64,000 bases of DNA from Euprymna scolopes. Lineage: Eukaryota. The notes beneath the pieces are model-generated. The model searched no databases, had not been told where the DNA came from, and worked only from the letters and a program-made list of their open reading frames with translations. Location of the stretch: the NCBI GenBank assembly GCA_053919585.1, contig CM132816.1; one strand, 5' to 3'. The translations under genes and the position numbers were made by a program. Shown one piece after another: positions 13,991-28,596 of this stretch (its first letter is position 1; every line of letters begins with the position of its first letter).

Positions 13991-15164
13991 ATTGAATAGC
14001 CTTGCCATGCGAATAACAAAAACAAAAATTCTGAAACTGGGCAAATAAAAATCTAGAAGAGGCAACAAATATCTTATTTTTTTTTCTTTTTGTCCGTGTA
14101 AACGGGGGAGCCATTTTCTCCAAATAGTTACTGCAACAAAAGTGACTTTTTCTGCTGCTAGCAAAAAATAATATTCCCGTATCAATAAAATTAAAATGTT
14201 CACTTCCAATGACAATCAGAAAAAAAACAAAAAAATAATATTTCACTTGAGACAAAATATAGAATAATTCAGTTTTTAGTTCATAAAAATAAAATGTTAT
14301 TTTTAAAGATCGCAAGATGCAGTAAAAAATTATATTCAAAACTCGAGGAGAAAAAAATAATAATTGAACAATTTGATTAAATCCCGAGCAAGTCACCTGC
14401 GACACACCTACGCAAAATTAGGTCAACCTTTAACAGTTGACATTTGCGTTTTGTCTAAAAAGGCACAGTTGCGTATTTTTTAAGCTGAAAGTCTAATTTG
14501 AATAAAGATTGACAATTATATATGTGTGTATATATATATATATATATGTATGTATATATATAAATAATTTATATTAATTTTTTCTTCTCTTCACAAAGCA
14601 TAGCGTAACGTTCTTTTTATCAGAGTCCAAAAGTTCACAATATCAACGGTTTATAACAACACGTCTTTTTTTCAGAGGCGAAAATGACTAGCAAACAATA
14701 AAAAATCATTACCAAAATTTCTGGTTTGCAGGTTTTTTTTTCATAAACAGTAGGAGGTTCTACCTTCGAATTCGTTCAACATTCTCGTATTTACAAGCAG
14801 GGATTACTTGCATTTTTTTTTCTATTTTTTAAAGACTCCTCGCGTAAAATATTTCAAATAGTTGGTGAAAGTTATTTCGTGTAAAACCGATTTCCCTGTA
14901 TAAATTTGAAATCCTCGCCCGTCAGCGTTGAGGTGTTAGATGTTAAATAATGGACAAGGAAGGCGCAGTAACAAAAAATATGTATAACAAAAATGTACTA
15001 AATAGGTAAATGAGCAATATATTTGCTCATTGCTGGACTAGTGGTTACGACCCTACTCTTTGTGCATTTCCTTCTGATTTTTTTTTGGTAAAACGGTTCT
15101 TGTTACCCGGAAGTGGCATTATGGAAAGAAGTGGCGTCATGGAATATTTTATTATTCCAGGTAG

Positions 15165-17650
15165 TAGGGGTGCATCCCCAGACGGAAGGGTCCAGAAATA
15201 TCTAACGCCAATTTCGCAAAGGGAAATAGAAGCATGTCGCACTCCTGCATTTAAGGTAATTGCTACCTCATATTTCTCGTTTGACATGGAGAACATTTAC
15301 CAATGTATTCGTTTACTACTTTAAATAAAGAAGACAAAAATAGTTGTGTTTTATAGAGTGAAACAGATTTTCTACGCCAATGCTATCATCATCGTTGCGA
15401 TATTGGACTAACGCCATTTTTCTAAGATGCGATGGTACACACAATCTAATCAACGGAGCATCATCGTGTTGCGACATATAATACACTACTTCGGCCATTA
15501 ATATAAACTTCATTTGTTTATATATTGGATGCTTTACCGTTTTTCATCCGCATCTTTACTCTTATATTTTTGTATCAGTTTTACGTTCCCTAATTAGATC
15601 TGTACCCGATTACGCAGGTCATTCGAGCTTTACCGACATGTCATCAGCATTCTAATACGATGCAAAACCTTTCGGCTCCAAAAGATTTGGATTTATTGCG
15701 CTTAGTAGATAATCTACCGGATATCATTATTGTTCTGACCCGTATTTACAGTGTGTGACAAGAGATCTGCACAAATATTGTCTTTATTTGTAAGTTATTT
15801 TATGGTGTAATTATACCCAATTATACTTAAAGCCCTCGTCTGTATGTTCCTATTTTGTATTGGTGAGGTCAGCAAATATTCTAGAGGTCTATGATTTGTA
15901 TAGCTTGTGAACGTTTCATTATGCAACTAGTGGTTTATATTATTAAGTGCATAGTCTATCGCATATGCTTCTTTTTCCATTTTTGACCATCTCACCTGGG
16001 TGTTACTGAGTTTATGAAAAAAAACAAGACATATTTTCTACCTTTTTATCCTCTCTCGTGTCCTAAAGTTCTTTTGTAAAAAACAATTGTATACTCTGAG
16101 GCATCTGTATACAGTCATTAGTCCTTATCAGGATCGGGATAATCCAGGTTTACCATGCCTGCGAGCTCGGATTTTTGGCTAACAAAGGTAGATTGGTATG
16201 CGTCGTCCCATTGAAAACGCAAGTACTTCCTCGGCAACCAGACTAACAGCTCGGCAGTATCGGAATTTTGTTTTATATATCGCCCATAATATGAAGTGAT
16301 ACAGATAAAAGCCCTCAATTATCTCACAATGGTTTATTTTATAGAATAGAGTTTGACCAGATCTGGCTGTATACCCCTCTCACATACATTGAAACACAGA
16401 TACTGTATTTCATTTCTAAAGGACTCACGTCTTGTGGTTTTTAACCTGGGGTTGTGTTTACGTAAGCTAACTTATACCTTATCTGTGTGCTTTAAAGTGT
16501 TTTCCTTTGTATTTGAGAATATTATTATGCCATCCAGATACGGTAATAGAAACTCTTCTTGTCCCTGTAAAACTCTGGACATTAATTCTCAGAAGACTCC
16601 GGCAGCGTTCGCGAGTTCGACCAGCGTCACGTTAAAGTGAAATCAACCCCGTTGGCAGATGAAAGCTCTTTTCTCTTTAACGTACTTATTCAGTTTAACC
16701 TACAAGTAGTGTCTTTAAATCTAATTTCGGGAATTATTTTGCTAATATATCATAAATAACTTGCCATACTCGGACATACATCTCCGTGAATCTATTATAT
16801 GTTCTAAAGTCTACATAAAAACATTTTACCACCATCTTTCTTTTCTACTGATACTATAGGAAAACTGCATGGGCTATTTTATCTTTCAATTATTCCTGTC
16901 CGTATAATTTATCTACTACTGAATCTGCTATATATTTTCGTCCTTTAGCGGGGTTCGATACGTGCATTTAAGTATCGGTTCATGCGTTCCTGTATCAATA
17001 CGAATCTCTACTGTATCGGTTTTGCCAAGTCCTTATTCCCACTAACGAACAAATCTCTATTCCGGTTTAGCAACCTATTGATCTCTAAATTTGAATTCTT
17101 CAGGTATACATATTTCTTTCAAGTTTTCATAAGAGATGTTATGTTGTTTATCTGGCCTTTAGACGCTAACAGTTTCCTACATGTGACCCCCTTTACCACA
17201 ATAAAAACACCCTATAGGTCTTTCTACTTCTTCCTATTCCCTAGTTTTATATACCGGGCCCCTATTTTTTTACTATTTCCTTCTATTCCCTCTATTGTGG
17301 TATTTTGGGGAACTGGCTTGAACAACAGTTTCAACCTGAATTCGCCTTATAGTGTGACAAACCTCCATGGGCGCGTCTTTAAATTTATAGCTTAGGACAA
17401 GCCGGGTCTTCCGCCGCACATTTACTCTTCTGATAAGCTGCTTTAAGATCCGGGGGTTCCCCCTATATCACACTCATTTTGAGCTCTTTATCTATCAGGC
17501 ATTCTAAAAAATTCTAGAATTTATATTTTTAATTAATGCATTACCTGTATCTATTGAACTATATTTTCCATCTGCTACTCTCCATATTCTCTGCATAAAG
17601 TCTTGAATTCCTTTATTAAAATTTACTAATTCTAATATATACTTATTGAG
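15165..17650 (-). mobile_element. Decayed Gypsy remnant (putative gag, RT, RNaseH, integrase N-terminus)
   Basis: RT connection RAFICITSYYGRYIKQNSDTAELLVWLPRKYLRFQWDD..LDYPD, integrase Zn region LCVPSHLRKMAL..IGVENLFHSIKHNYF, and integrase start PFAKLALDISGPF near 15190-15225. Confidence 0.8.
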
Positions 17651-18964
17651 ATTCACTATTATACCGTATAAATCCGCTTAGTACAGTTTCAATTCTAACT
17701 ATACAAAACTTTCATTATTTACTATTCATAGATTTACAACAAAACACACGAAGTAAATAAATGGATCCGCTGTAAATTCCGTCCAAATTCCCTGAGTTTG
17801 ACAGAGACATCTCCAGTTTAAGAACACCCGTGAAGAAGTTCGGAGGTTTCATCGACCGAAACGTTGTGAAATCACACTCAAAATTAAGACTGTAGTTCGA
17901 AGAATATTTATAATACGATGAAGGGAAATAATAAAACATCTTGCTGACTTTTCAAGAGAACATATCTGGCTATTAGGTCAGATCCCCCTCCTCCTTTTAA
18001 TAGATAGTATCTACGCATACCTAATTTATTTAATAACGAGACATTAATCTGCAAGCTGGCCATCATCGATCGCTCGAAGAACGCCAAGCCTACACTTATC
18101 TTGTTTTGTATGAATCATTTATATATAAATCTAAATCCAACAGTTTTTGTTTCTTTGCTTTGTATTTTCCTTGCATTATATACGGATTTGTATTAATATT
18201 TTATTCATTATTTGAACATATATTAATTCCGAAGACCAGGTTGTTATTCTCACCATATATAATAGATACCCGATTTCTACTTGTTATATGTAAGATAGGA
18301 AATTATGTCTAATTCTGTGCTTATTTCCGTAGAACACAGCCAAGCGTTAATGACGAAACTTCCTTATTATTTTCATTCATTCTAGAACGCAGAAACACAT
18401 GCTGTAGAAAGCGGGTGTATTGTCACCTTACTCGGTGTGATAGACCCGAATATCTTGTCAACTAATCTATTAAAAAGATGGAAAACTTTGATATAAAAAC
18501 AAGGAGGTGGATAACTTTTCAGTGCTAGTCGCCAACCTTCTATTTACTAGTGACTCGAACAAATGCTCTGGTTAGCAAACATAAATTGCGTAAGGAGTAC
18601 ACAGTTCTTATTTGTCTATTAGCCAACACAACATACAATATCAGGGACTAACCATGTTAGATAGCCAAACAGAAGCAGTAAATGATCTGTTTGCTTGCCT
18701 ACTTATCTGATTCTACAATTATCTGTCTATGTATATATTTGTTTATCTATCTGTTTATCTATCTGTTTATCAATCTATCTGACTTTATAATTATCTATCT
18801 AATGATAAGTGAAAAAAGAGAGTTGAAATCATGTTTTAACATGTCAAACTCTGTGACCCGGTGCGTGCATCGGAAGATGAGAACAGAGACTGTAAGTTAC
18901 ATATCACATGCCAAATGTTCTGGTTTGCGCAATAATATAGGTAGTTAAATAAGGGGACAACATG

Positions 18965-19345
18965 TGAAACAGATTGACTGTAAATATGGCACCTCCTATA
19001 TAAAGGAGGAGAATTCTCAGAATGGAGCCATTGAAAAACAGTTTCAAGTCAAAGTTCGTCCATCACCGTCTTTCTAATATGAAGAATACCTGGAAATTAA
19101 TAAAATACATAAAATCTAATATCGTCTTTGATCATATCTTGAAGTCTTCATGTAAACAAATTCCAGCTTTTCCAATAACGGTTGCTCAACTTCTCAGAAG
19201 AAAAACAGTAAGCAGAAAAGGTATGTCGTTCTGTACATGTTACGTGTCTTATGTGGACACGCACTCACCAAAACCACTAGATTAGATGAGTCATAAATAG
19301 AAATTTCTGACGAGAACAACAGTTCGTTACACAGCAGTAGATACA
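18965..19345 (+). mobile_element. Possible Penelope-like GIY-YIG endonuclease remnant with a degenerate hammerhead
   Basis: DCKYGTSYI and SNIVFDHILKSSCKQ resemble a PLE endonuclease. Downstream CTGACGA-GAAC-AACA-GTTC-GTTA at 19307-19329 has a mutated GAAA core. Confidence 0.35.
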
Positions 19346-19759
19346 TATATATGATCCGTTTATAACAGTAGAACAGACAGATATTTGTGCCAGTACACAT
19401 TTAAACACATCACGATACAAACAGTATGCACATATATAGAACCTCTCTGCGACACAAATACGTCAGAAACGAAAATAAGTATAAACGCACGAACGATTCA
19501 ACTATATTTTACGTACTCTTATTGTGGAGCAATATGTTAAAATGTTTTAAACTATAATTGAGGTATGACTACCAACATTTGTATGATCCTCTTTATAAGT
19601 ACTATTAGGAAAATCAATCAATGAGAAACCTCCAAGCTCATTATAAAAATATCGAATTTTGTACTCAAACCAGTTCGCTTGCAGTTTTTCTTTTTTTCTT
19701 GTCAGTCTGTCTTTACACGACTGGACTATTGCCGTAATCTTTGTTCTAGAGAATTACTT

Positions 19760-20230
19760 AACACTCGAGATCGTGACTGATTCATCGCCGATTAGATCAA
19801 GTGTCCCTATTTTAGTTCAACAGAATAGCTCAACACTAAACAGCTTATGCGCCCAGACATCGACCTTCTTTGGCGGATCGGAATCTTAATTTAATGTGTA
19901 ACAGGTGAAATTTCTGGGGAATTTAAGAATACGAGAACTACAGAAATTATTCAACTTCCACCCGAGAATATTAACGACCTAAAGTTATCAAATGAAACGC
20001 AACTGTTTTTTGCAGAACTGATTTCAATGCTTAGATAGCAGAAGTATGTCTGTGATAATAAGAGATGCCTTGAATGATTTACGTAAAGCATTGAATATAT
20101 GAAAATTACTTATCAAAAGTTAAACCGGAAATTATATCTCTATATACAGAAGTAACGTCTCTAAGACGTTACGAAGACAACACTATTACCAACTATGTTA
20201 TAAGGGCAATATGACGCATATCTTCTTGTA
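19760..20230 (+). mobile_element. Copia/Ty1 5' remnant (LTR end, PBS, gag)
   Basis: aacaGCTTATGCGCCCAG at ~19838-19856 resembles the Copia PBS GGTTATGGGCCCAG. Gag-like peptides VKFLGNLRI, AELISMLDSRSMSVIIRDALNDLRKALNI and ISLYTEVTSL follow. Confidence 0.75.
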
Positions 20231-22695
20231 AACTGTGGCGCTCGAGCACATGTTATCACCAAGGTTCAATAAAATATTAGGCAAAATCCTGTATGATAAA
20301 TCTTGCAGTGAGTGTAAAAACCAAATTGAACCAGATGCATATATTTATTTTAAATTGCTCTGTATTCATAGGAAATACCTGTAAACTAAATATTAAAAGC
20401 GAAAACAGTATTTGTATAGGGTACGATTAAAGCAGCACGGGTTATGTAATAACATTTCCAGACGAAAATGACATGAAAAAGTTAAATGTGTATAATTCAA
20501 TAACACATTTAATTTTTAAAATGAAGAACTAGTGGATAACAAACATGACGTAATATTACCTAGTATTTTTGTCGACTATAATGAAAGTAGAAATGGCTAA
20601 AATTGCAATAAATCTACTGACGTAAATATTAACTTAACACATTGATACCCGATTATGGATCGAAAAGGGCCAAACTTCTTAAAAATGAAAAAGCTACACC
20701 CTATACAATGTCACTTACAATATTACTTGTTGAAAAGCGCACCAGAAAGTTATATTAAAGCGATGCATTCAGAAAATCACAAAGAATAGGAAAAAAGCTA
20801 TGTAATCTGAATTCGAAACTTTATCTGAAAATTATACATATGAAATGGTATCGAAACCAGATGGTGAGAATGTTTCTTCTCGTTGAGTTTTAACTAAAAC
20901 AAAGAACGGCCTCTGGCTCTCTGCAAACTCATTAACACCGAGAATTAAAAACGAAACCGTGCAAAACCTTAAACTTTCAAAGCAAGATTTGTTGCAAAAA
21001 TTTCCTCCCAACTTTCTGCGGGAGAATATTTTGACACATTTTCCCCAACGAAAAATATAACGACAATTAGAGTTTTAGTGCACCTGTCCTCCCAATACAA
21101 TTAAAAACCCATCAAATGGATTTAAAGTAATGTTTATTTCCATGCTCCGATCCGCTTTATATTTATATTCACTCCCCGAGGTATTTACAATAAAAAGAAA
21201 AAATATGGTGGAAACTGAATAAGTCACTGTACGATCTAAAACAAAGCGCTAACACTTTGAATCCAACACTCCATAATTATTAAAGAGAACAAAAATGAAA
21301 GCAGCGTCCAGTAACTGCGGGCATGTATAGAAAACATATAGGTAAGAAAATGTTGATTTTTTTGGGGGGGGCGGGATTGACCATATGTTATTCGTCTTAA
21401 ATTGTAACAATACTTTTAAAAATGTTAGAAAATAAATTAATTAAAAATTTAAATAGCCGATCCTGAACAGTTATCATGGTTTCTTGGTTAAAAGTTTACT
21501 TCTGAAAATGAAATCATAAAAAAATGAACCACTCACCGTACATTAACAAGATCCTGCTAAATTTCGGAATGAAATATTTGAAACCACGTAAATCTCCTGT
21601 TAAGATTGATATAACTAAAATACACACCGACGAAGGCCAGAGAAACAGTTGACCGAAGCGATAACTACAGAAATGATGAGCATAATACTCCGCAAATTAA
21701 TTTAAAAAAATAGAAATTCACGGAAGTGTTATATATTTGATGGCCGTCATTTGACCTGATATATGTTACACTTTAACAAATCTATCTTAAATCTCGCCAA
21801 AACCGACAATTACATACTTTCAACATGTAAAACAACTGCTTTGTTATCAAAATAATCCACTGAATAATTTTTAGGATTTAAAAAAAATTGACATATCTTC
21901 TAAATTCAGAAGGATTTTTGCATTGATATTGGCGTAATTTTGAAGATCGAAGAGATAACGGGATATTGTTTTAGACTGTTTAAGAATATGCTCTCCTGGA
22001 AAACATAAAAAAAACTTATTGTAGCCCTTTTCACATATAAAACAGATTGCGTTGCAATTTCTCACTCATGCCATGAAGCTATTTTTCTAAACACGCTTTT
22101 ACAGTCTATTATAAAACGAAACCTAAGTAAAAAAACAAACAGTAGTAATGCAATGTTACAACCAGCGTAGTATCTTGTTATTAAATAACTCTATAATGCA
22201 TCAAATATCGAAGCATATTGACATTAAATATCATTTCATAAGAAATGAAATCAGTAAAAAATCTATTACTCCTTACTATCTAAGAATCTTAGAATAATAT
22301 AGCCGACATTTGTACTAAACCTGTAACTAAGATAAGATTAAAACATTTTATCACTGAAAGTTTTGAAATTTAATCTTCTTTAAATCTATTTCAGAAACCG
22401 AAATGAGAAGGGGAGACGACAAAAACAAAAGTGTTCACTGTCCCTAGTACGCCGATAAACGAAAAGCAGTTTCTGCTGTGTTCTCTAACATGAATAATGA
22501 AACTTAAAATATCCAACAGAATGTTTGGAGTGAGTGTTTAACAAACAAAAACGAGTGTTTTCTTCCTTCTTCAGAAACCGTGCTTTAAGAAAAAATTTGT
22601 GTGTATTTTTGCAAAATGTGTACATATTTTTTTAAGATGTGTATATCTGTTTGTATCTGTATGTATATTTGAAAATATGTATATCTGTATGTATT

Positions 22696-22753
<58 letters not shown>

Positions 22754-22754
<1 letters not shown>

Positions 22755-23493
22755 TAGCAAAAGTACCCGTCGTTGCCTGGGTTCAAAATCAGAAAATGGA
22801 CTCTGATTTAAGAAAATATGATAGGTTATGAAAAGGAAGGGTTGTAAAGAGATAGCTTCAAAGTTGGGGGTATCAAAACTAAAGTAAAATATGATGAAAG
22901 TAAAAATAAAATAGATAAACCCAAAAAGTTATTATACCATACCTGTTCACACTCAAACACTTATCAGAATATTCTGTGGATCTATATTAAAAAAAAATCT
23001 GCTAAACTTTGTCATATACTTTCATTCTATGGAGGTCATGCGCGAACGGATACCCAATAATTGTATTATACCATATTTCTTCACACTGAAACATAATTAT
23101 CAAAGTATACTTACGCAGAGAGATATAAAAAGTCTTTACTACAGTTTGTGCCTATTTCCAATCTATGGAGGTCAGGCTCGAACGCAGACCCCCACAATTT
23201 TATAATACCATCTCTATTTAAGTTAAAAATACTTATCAAATTAATATTATGTGCATCTATATCAAAAACACTTGTAAACGTTTTTTTAATTTTTCATTTC
23301 CATACTTTGTGGACCATGCGCGTACGCAGACCCCACAATTTAAGTTAGCCATAATCATGCCAGATCAAGCATACCCATCCTGATTCTCGATACATCTTCT
23401 ATTATTATATGTGATCAGTTTTCTATAATAGTCAACCACCGAGCAGCCTATTCGTGACCAGACACACACGGACGTTCAGCTTTATATTATAGA
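22754..23493 (-). mobile_element. Non-autonomous Helitron-like element, full-length copy
   Basis: On the minus strand it starts TCTATAATATAAAG and ends with a subterminal hairpin (ACCCAGGCAACGACGGGT) then CTAG|T next to (TA)n. It has internal ~135-140 bp subrepeats containing gcgcgaacgcagacc. Confidence 0.75.
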
Positions 23494-23626
23494 AAATTAC
23501 ATAAAATGGTGCGTAAGGGTAATAGTTTAGACGTAATATATTTGTTTGAGGCATTTGTTTTTGAAAACCTACGTAATTTGGTCCAGAAGAGTAATGTCTG
23601 CAATCATTGTGTAGCATAGTCGATTA

Positions 23627-24518
23627 CGAGTTTTTACAACAAGTTTTCAGAATGTTTTGTACAGGCATTTAAAAATGTTCGCAGACGCTTAAAAATTCAG
23701 TATGTTATTGTTATTGTCTTATAACTAATTTTTATGATATCAGATTTAAATGAACAGCTATGGCATGAATTGAATTACACCATACTAAAGCCTGATTATC
23801 ACACCTGGTGAATTGAAAAAATGCAATCCGGACATGAGGAAGATTTATAGGAAAGACATGTGATAACATTCTATTTTAAACTTGGAAAATTCCATAGAAA
23901 CGTGTAGAAAGTTTAAGGCTGTTTTGGGGGCATATTGTATGAATCGGGCATCAGTTTTAGAGTGGAAAAAGGTGTTCAAGTTAGTCAAGGAGTCTGAAGA
24001 GGATGATGAGAGATGTAGGTGGGAGTACGAAGTAAGACCATCAGAGTTTATTGGACTACTAATCTTATAGATACGGAACGTCGTGTGCCTGTACAGACAA
24101 TACATGCATTGTTTTATATCAGTGTGAAAATTTAATACACAATCAATCGTGAGGAAATGCTGATGCGGAAGATTTGCACGAAGTTTCTCCCAATGGTAAC
24201 TATATCGTTGTTACATCCTGTTTGACCATAATTCTCATCAAGGCAATCCCTAGCCTTAATTGTATTCTAAACCTGCTCTCTGTGACTTTTTGTTAGTCTC
24301 TAAGTTCATGAAAAATCTTATAAACTTTATTTATGAGACGATTGAGAAGTAAAAAGGCTGTGACAAAGTTCATTAAAAGGTACACAGAAGGTGATGCGGC
24401 TTTATGGATCATGATAGAACGGTAGAACAAGAGGATCGCAGCCGGATAAAAATACCCGTAATATACAATGAAATTGCCATAATAAAAAAAAATCGAGAAA
24501 ATTATAGAAGGCACAACT
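23627..24518 (+). mobile_element. Internally deleted, decayed mariner
   Basis: HTH-like NSIETCRKFKAVLGAYCMNRASVLEWKKVFK..EDDERC. Degraded TIRs are flanked by TA. The 5' part matches the reverse complement of 61820-62041. Confidence 0.8.
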
Positions 24519-25363
24519 TATAATAAGGTTATATATTTACTTATTTAATTCCTGGCTTTGTTTGGTAAGCAAGTCAGAAGATCTGCCTCAGCTAGTATGT
24601 TCCACATGAACTCCTCTTTCCTTAGTTAGAACCGGCCAATGAATAGCGAAGAAGAAAAGTTGCTTTTTAACTTCCTGGATTAGAGATTCCACTCTTTACG
24701 CGTCTTTGATTGCAACATGCTAAAATCAAGACAACCAGAGACGATCGTACACGATATCAATCGATTCCTGCTGCAATTGTAGCCATGGCCTTGTTAGCGA
24801 TTAGCTTTGAAACAGTCACTTGCTCAGTGACCGTTTCTCGAAAACGTTGACGTTGAAAGTGTTGCAATAGCTGTAAACATGTTAGCTTTCTATTCTTCTT
24901 CTGAATTATGTGTGACCAAGTCGTTGACCAACATACTAAGCCGATTTAAAATTTACAAATATGTGTATGAAGCAGAAATGAAAAGGCGCTTAAAAATAAA
25001 TTAAACAAACTTTAAGTCGAGAAACAAAATGGTCAAAACACAGAAGAAAATGTTCCACTTATTACTAGTAGTAGCGTTGTCAAATTGACTCCTATGTATT
25101 TCTGGCGCCAATGTTGCCTTGTTAAAGAAGTTACAGAAAAATAACGTTTCTTGGGTGGATTGAGATTTTACAGATGATTAAAGAAATCTACACATACTAA
25201 CCATGCGAATTTATATATACGTATAATAATATATTATAAATATTGTTGGCTATTATTGGGAGTGAAAATGTTTCACTTGTTGTATGCCTTAGAGAAGGCA
25301 TAATGTGTATTGTAAATATAACAACATATTTTATGAGAATTAACATATATATATGTAAATATA

Positions 25364-25410
<47 letters not shown>

Positions 25411-25769
25411 TTATAAGGGTATATATCTGAACAATACATATAGTATGGTGTAAAAAAGGTGTATACATTAATGTTATAGCGTACATATTTTTATATATTT
25501 CTCATATATTTTTAATAATAACAAAATATATAGATGGTAGAGGTAAATATGAATGAAAATATATCTATATAATAATGCGATAGTATGTCTGCTATTTTTT
25601 GTGTCAGGTTAACACGTTTCTACTTTTAAGTGATTGTTAATAAATTGTTATTACCTTCCATTTCTTGTAACACACAATTCTCACAGGGAATGTTATCAGT
25701 TTTGGATTCAGATGAAATTATAGCTGATAGAAACAAAGTCCTGTATTTTTCAAAGAATTCTCAATAAGT

Positions 25770-25807
25770 TTTGGTTTCGGTTTAAATCGTAGCTGAAGAG
25801 AGTCAAG

Positions 25808-25863
<56 letters not shown>

Positions 25864-25987
25864 ACATATATATATATGTATACATATATATATTTCGGTT
25901 TTAATCATAGCTGAAGAGAGTCAAGTTATATATGTATATATATGTTTGTGTGTGTGTGTGTGTGTGTCAGTTTGGCTTTGGTTTCGA
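25770..25987. repeat. Tandem repeat of a ~38 bp motif interspersed with (TA)n/(TG)n, next to a gap
   Basis: tttcggttt(a/t)aatc(g/a)tagctgaagagagtcaagttata at ~25776 and ~25893, with a third partial start before the N run. Confidence 0.75.
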
Positions 25988-26119
25988 NNNNNNNNNNNNN
26001 NNNNNNNNNNNNNNNNNNNNNNNNNNNNNNNNNNNNNNNNNNNNNNNNNNNNNNNNNNNNNNNNNNNNNNNNNNNNNNNNNNNNNNNNNNNNNNNNNNNN
26101 NNNNNNNNNNNNNNNNNNN
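25988..26119. other. Assembly gap (N run)
   Basis: N bases. Confidence 1.
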
Positions 26120-26835
26120 TGTGGGGGTCAGGTCACGTATAGGCTCCTATATGGTTGACTATTATAGAAAACTGATTAAATATAATTATAGATGATGTAT
26201 GGAGACACAGGAATGGGTATGTTTGATCTGGCAGAACGGTGGTTCATTAAAATCGTAGGGTCTGCATTCGCGCCTGGTCCACAAAGTATGGAAATGAAAA
26301 ATTTAAAAATTAAAAAAAAACGTTTACAAGTGTTTTTGATATAGATGTACATAAGACTACTTTGATAACTATATTTTAAATTTAATAGGGATGATATAAT
26401 AAAATTGTGGGGTCTGCGTTCGCGCCTGGCCTTTCTAGAATGGAAATAGCCAAAAACTCTAATAAAGACTTTTCATATGTATCTGTGTAAGTATTCTTTG
26501 ATAATTATGTTTCAGTTTGAAGAAATATGGTATAATAAAATTCTGGGGCGTTCTTTCGCACCTGACCTCCATAGAATGGAAATATGTCACAAAGTTTAAC
26601 ACGGTTGTTTTTTAATATAGATCCACAGAATATTGTGATAAGTGTTTGAGTGTGAACAGGTGTGGTATAATAAATTATGGCGTTTATCTATTTTATTTTT
26701 ACTTTCATTATATTTTGCTTTGGTTTTGATACCTCCAAATTCCACCAAAATTTACAACCCTTCCTTTTCATAACCTATTATATTTTGATAAATCAGAGTC
26801 CATTTCCTGTAGGCTGTTTTTGAACCCAGTCAACG
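26120..26835 (+). mobile_element. Helitron-like copy, inverted relative to 22754-23493, bounded by gaps
   Basis: Reverse-complement match to ~22771-23470. Ends ttttgaacccagtcaacg inside the subterminal hairpin. Confidence 0.8.
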
Positions 26836-26966
26836 NNNNNNNNNNNNNNNNNNNNNNNNNNNNNNNNNNNNNNNNNNNNNNNNNNNNNNNNNNNNNNNNN
26901 NNNNNNNNNNNNNNNNNNNNNNNNNNNNNNNNNNNNNNNNNNNNNNNNNNNNNNNNNNNNNNNNNN
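26836..26966. other. Assembly gap (N run)
   Basis: N bases. Confidence 1.
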
Positions 26967-27618
26967 TTATAATATAGACGAACCTGTAGGAAATTGACTT
27001 TGTAATGATTCATACGAAGTCTGCATAAATTCAAATATTAGATTCAATTAAATTTTACACGGGTATTTTTGCTATCTCAGATAAATACATTTCAGTTTAT
27101 AAAATAAAACTACAATAATATCAAGATTTCTCTATTTACGCTAAACATTAAAAAAAATATTACATTTGCAAGGGACCGCTGTGGAATTCTCAGAAGTCCT
27201 TTAAGTAAGGATAATAGTAAAACAAAGAAGGGGTGATAAGTTTTAGACTGGATTGAACCAAACACTATATAAAACAGTAGTTTGTAAATAATAGGTGTAT
27301 TATCTTTAGAGAAAAGGGCGGGATTTATACAGCTTAAAATACTCCTTAAATTACATGAATTGGTTATCCTTATTTATCTGGAGGAAAATAGATTCAATAG
27401 ATTTAATTGTGTTCCTTTGTTTTGCCGGTAGTGGGGTTTGATTAACTCAGTTGGGGAGCCATGATTTAGTATGGTTGTGTTTTCTTAAATCTTCTAAACA
27501 GTATTTCATTGTAAATCAACTGATGATCTGTTTAAGAACATTGAAACTATTGCTTATTCATGGAAGTAAAAATATTCAACAAGGCAGGAAATTAGTGTAT
27601 TAGTGAAACTTCGAAGAC

Positions 27619-27657
<39 letters not shown>

Positions 27658-28392
27658 GTACATATATATATTTATATATATATATATAAAGAGAGAGAGA
27701 AAGAACTTTATTACATCAGCATGTAAAAAGAATGAGAGTGATAACAATAAATTAAAGGAAAATGAAAAAGAATACGGTTTTTTATCATGGCATTTCCAAG
27801 TTTAATCTTTCACATCAGAACAAAAATAAACAGCATTGTACACGACTGAGGGCAAAGTGGACACCACCGATTTTACTACGTTTTCGAGTAGAAATAGATC
27901 AGCGAGGGAAGTGATGATAATAGAAAATGAAGAGGGGTAATGAACAGTACGGCGATTAGATTAAGGGAATAATTAATAACAGAAAAGTATATAATTTTAA
28001 GTAAAGAAAATGAAGAATAGATATCAGCAACACAATGCAGGACATCAAAATAGAAAGTAGAGATAAAGTCCGTATAGAAAATAGGGTATTGAATAAGGTT
28101 GATACAAGATAGTAAAAAAGATGATAATAAACAGAAATATAAGCAAATGCAGAAAAAATCATAATAAAACATCGAAAATAGAAATAAAAATTTACAATAA
28201 AAAATTAAAAATAAAGAGTAAAAACAGAACATAAAATTCAAATGTAAATAACGGTTTATCAACTAGGAATTTGCACAAATGAGCAATGTAAATATCACAC
28301 ATTAATGTCACCAAATTGAAAGGTTTTAATTAGAAAAGGTTTCCATCGTAACTATGTATTTATTCATCCATTAAATTTTTCCCACAGCATAA

Positions 28393-28455
<63 letters not shown>

Positions 28456-28546
28456 CAAATGATTAATAAAACATGTTAAAAGACATCTTGAAAAAGAGTT
28501 AAAAACATATTTTATTTTAAAAAAGGAAACACAAGATAAGTGGATA

Positions 28547-28596
28547 GTCCTTAATCCGCGGAGTTTCGAAGAAAACTCTCCTTCTCATCAGAGGGC
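28547..28596 (-). ncRNA. Minimal type I hammerhead ribozyme (Penelope/retrozyme type)
   Basis: Minus strand reads GCCCU CUGAUGA GAAG(GAGAGUUUU)CUUC GAAA C-UCCGCGGA-U UA AGGAC. Core intact, stem II paired, palindromic stem III, stem I with one mismatch. Confidence 0.75.
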
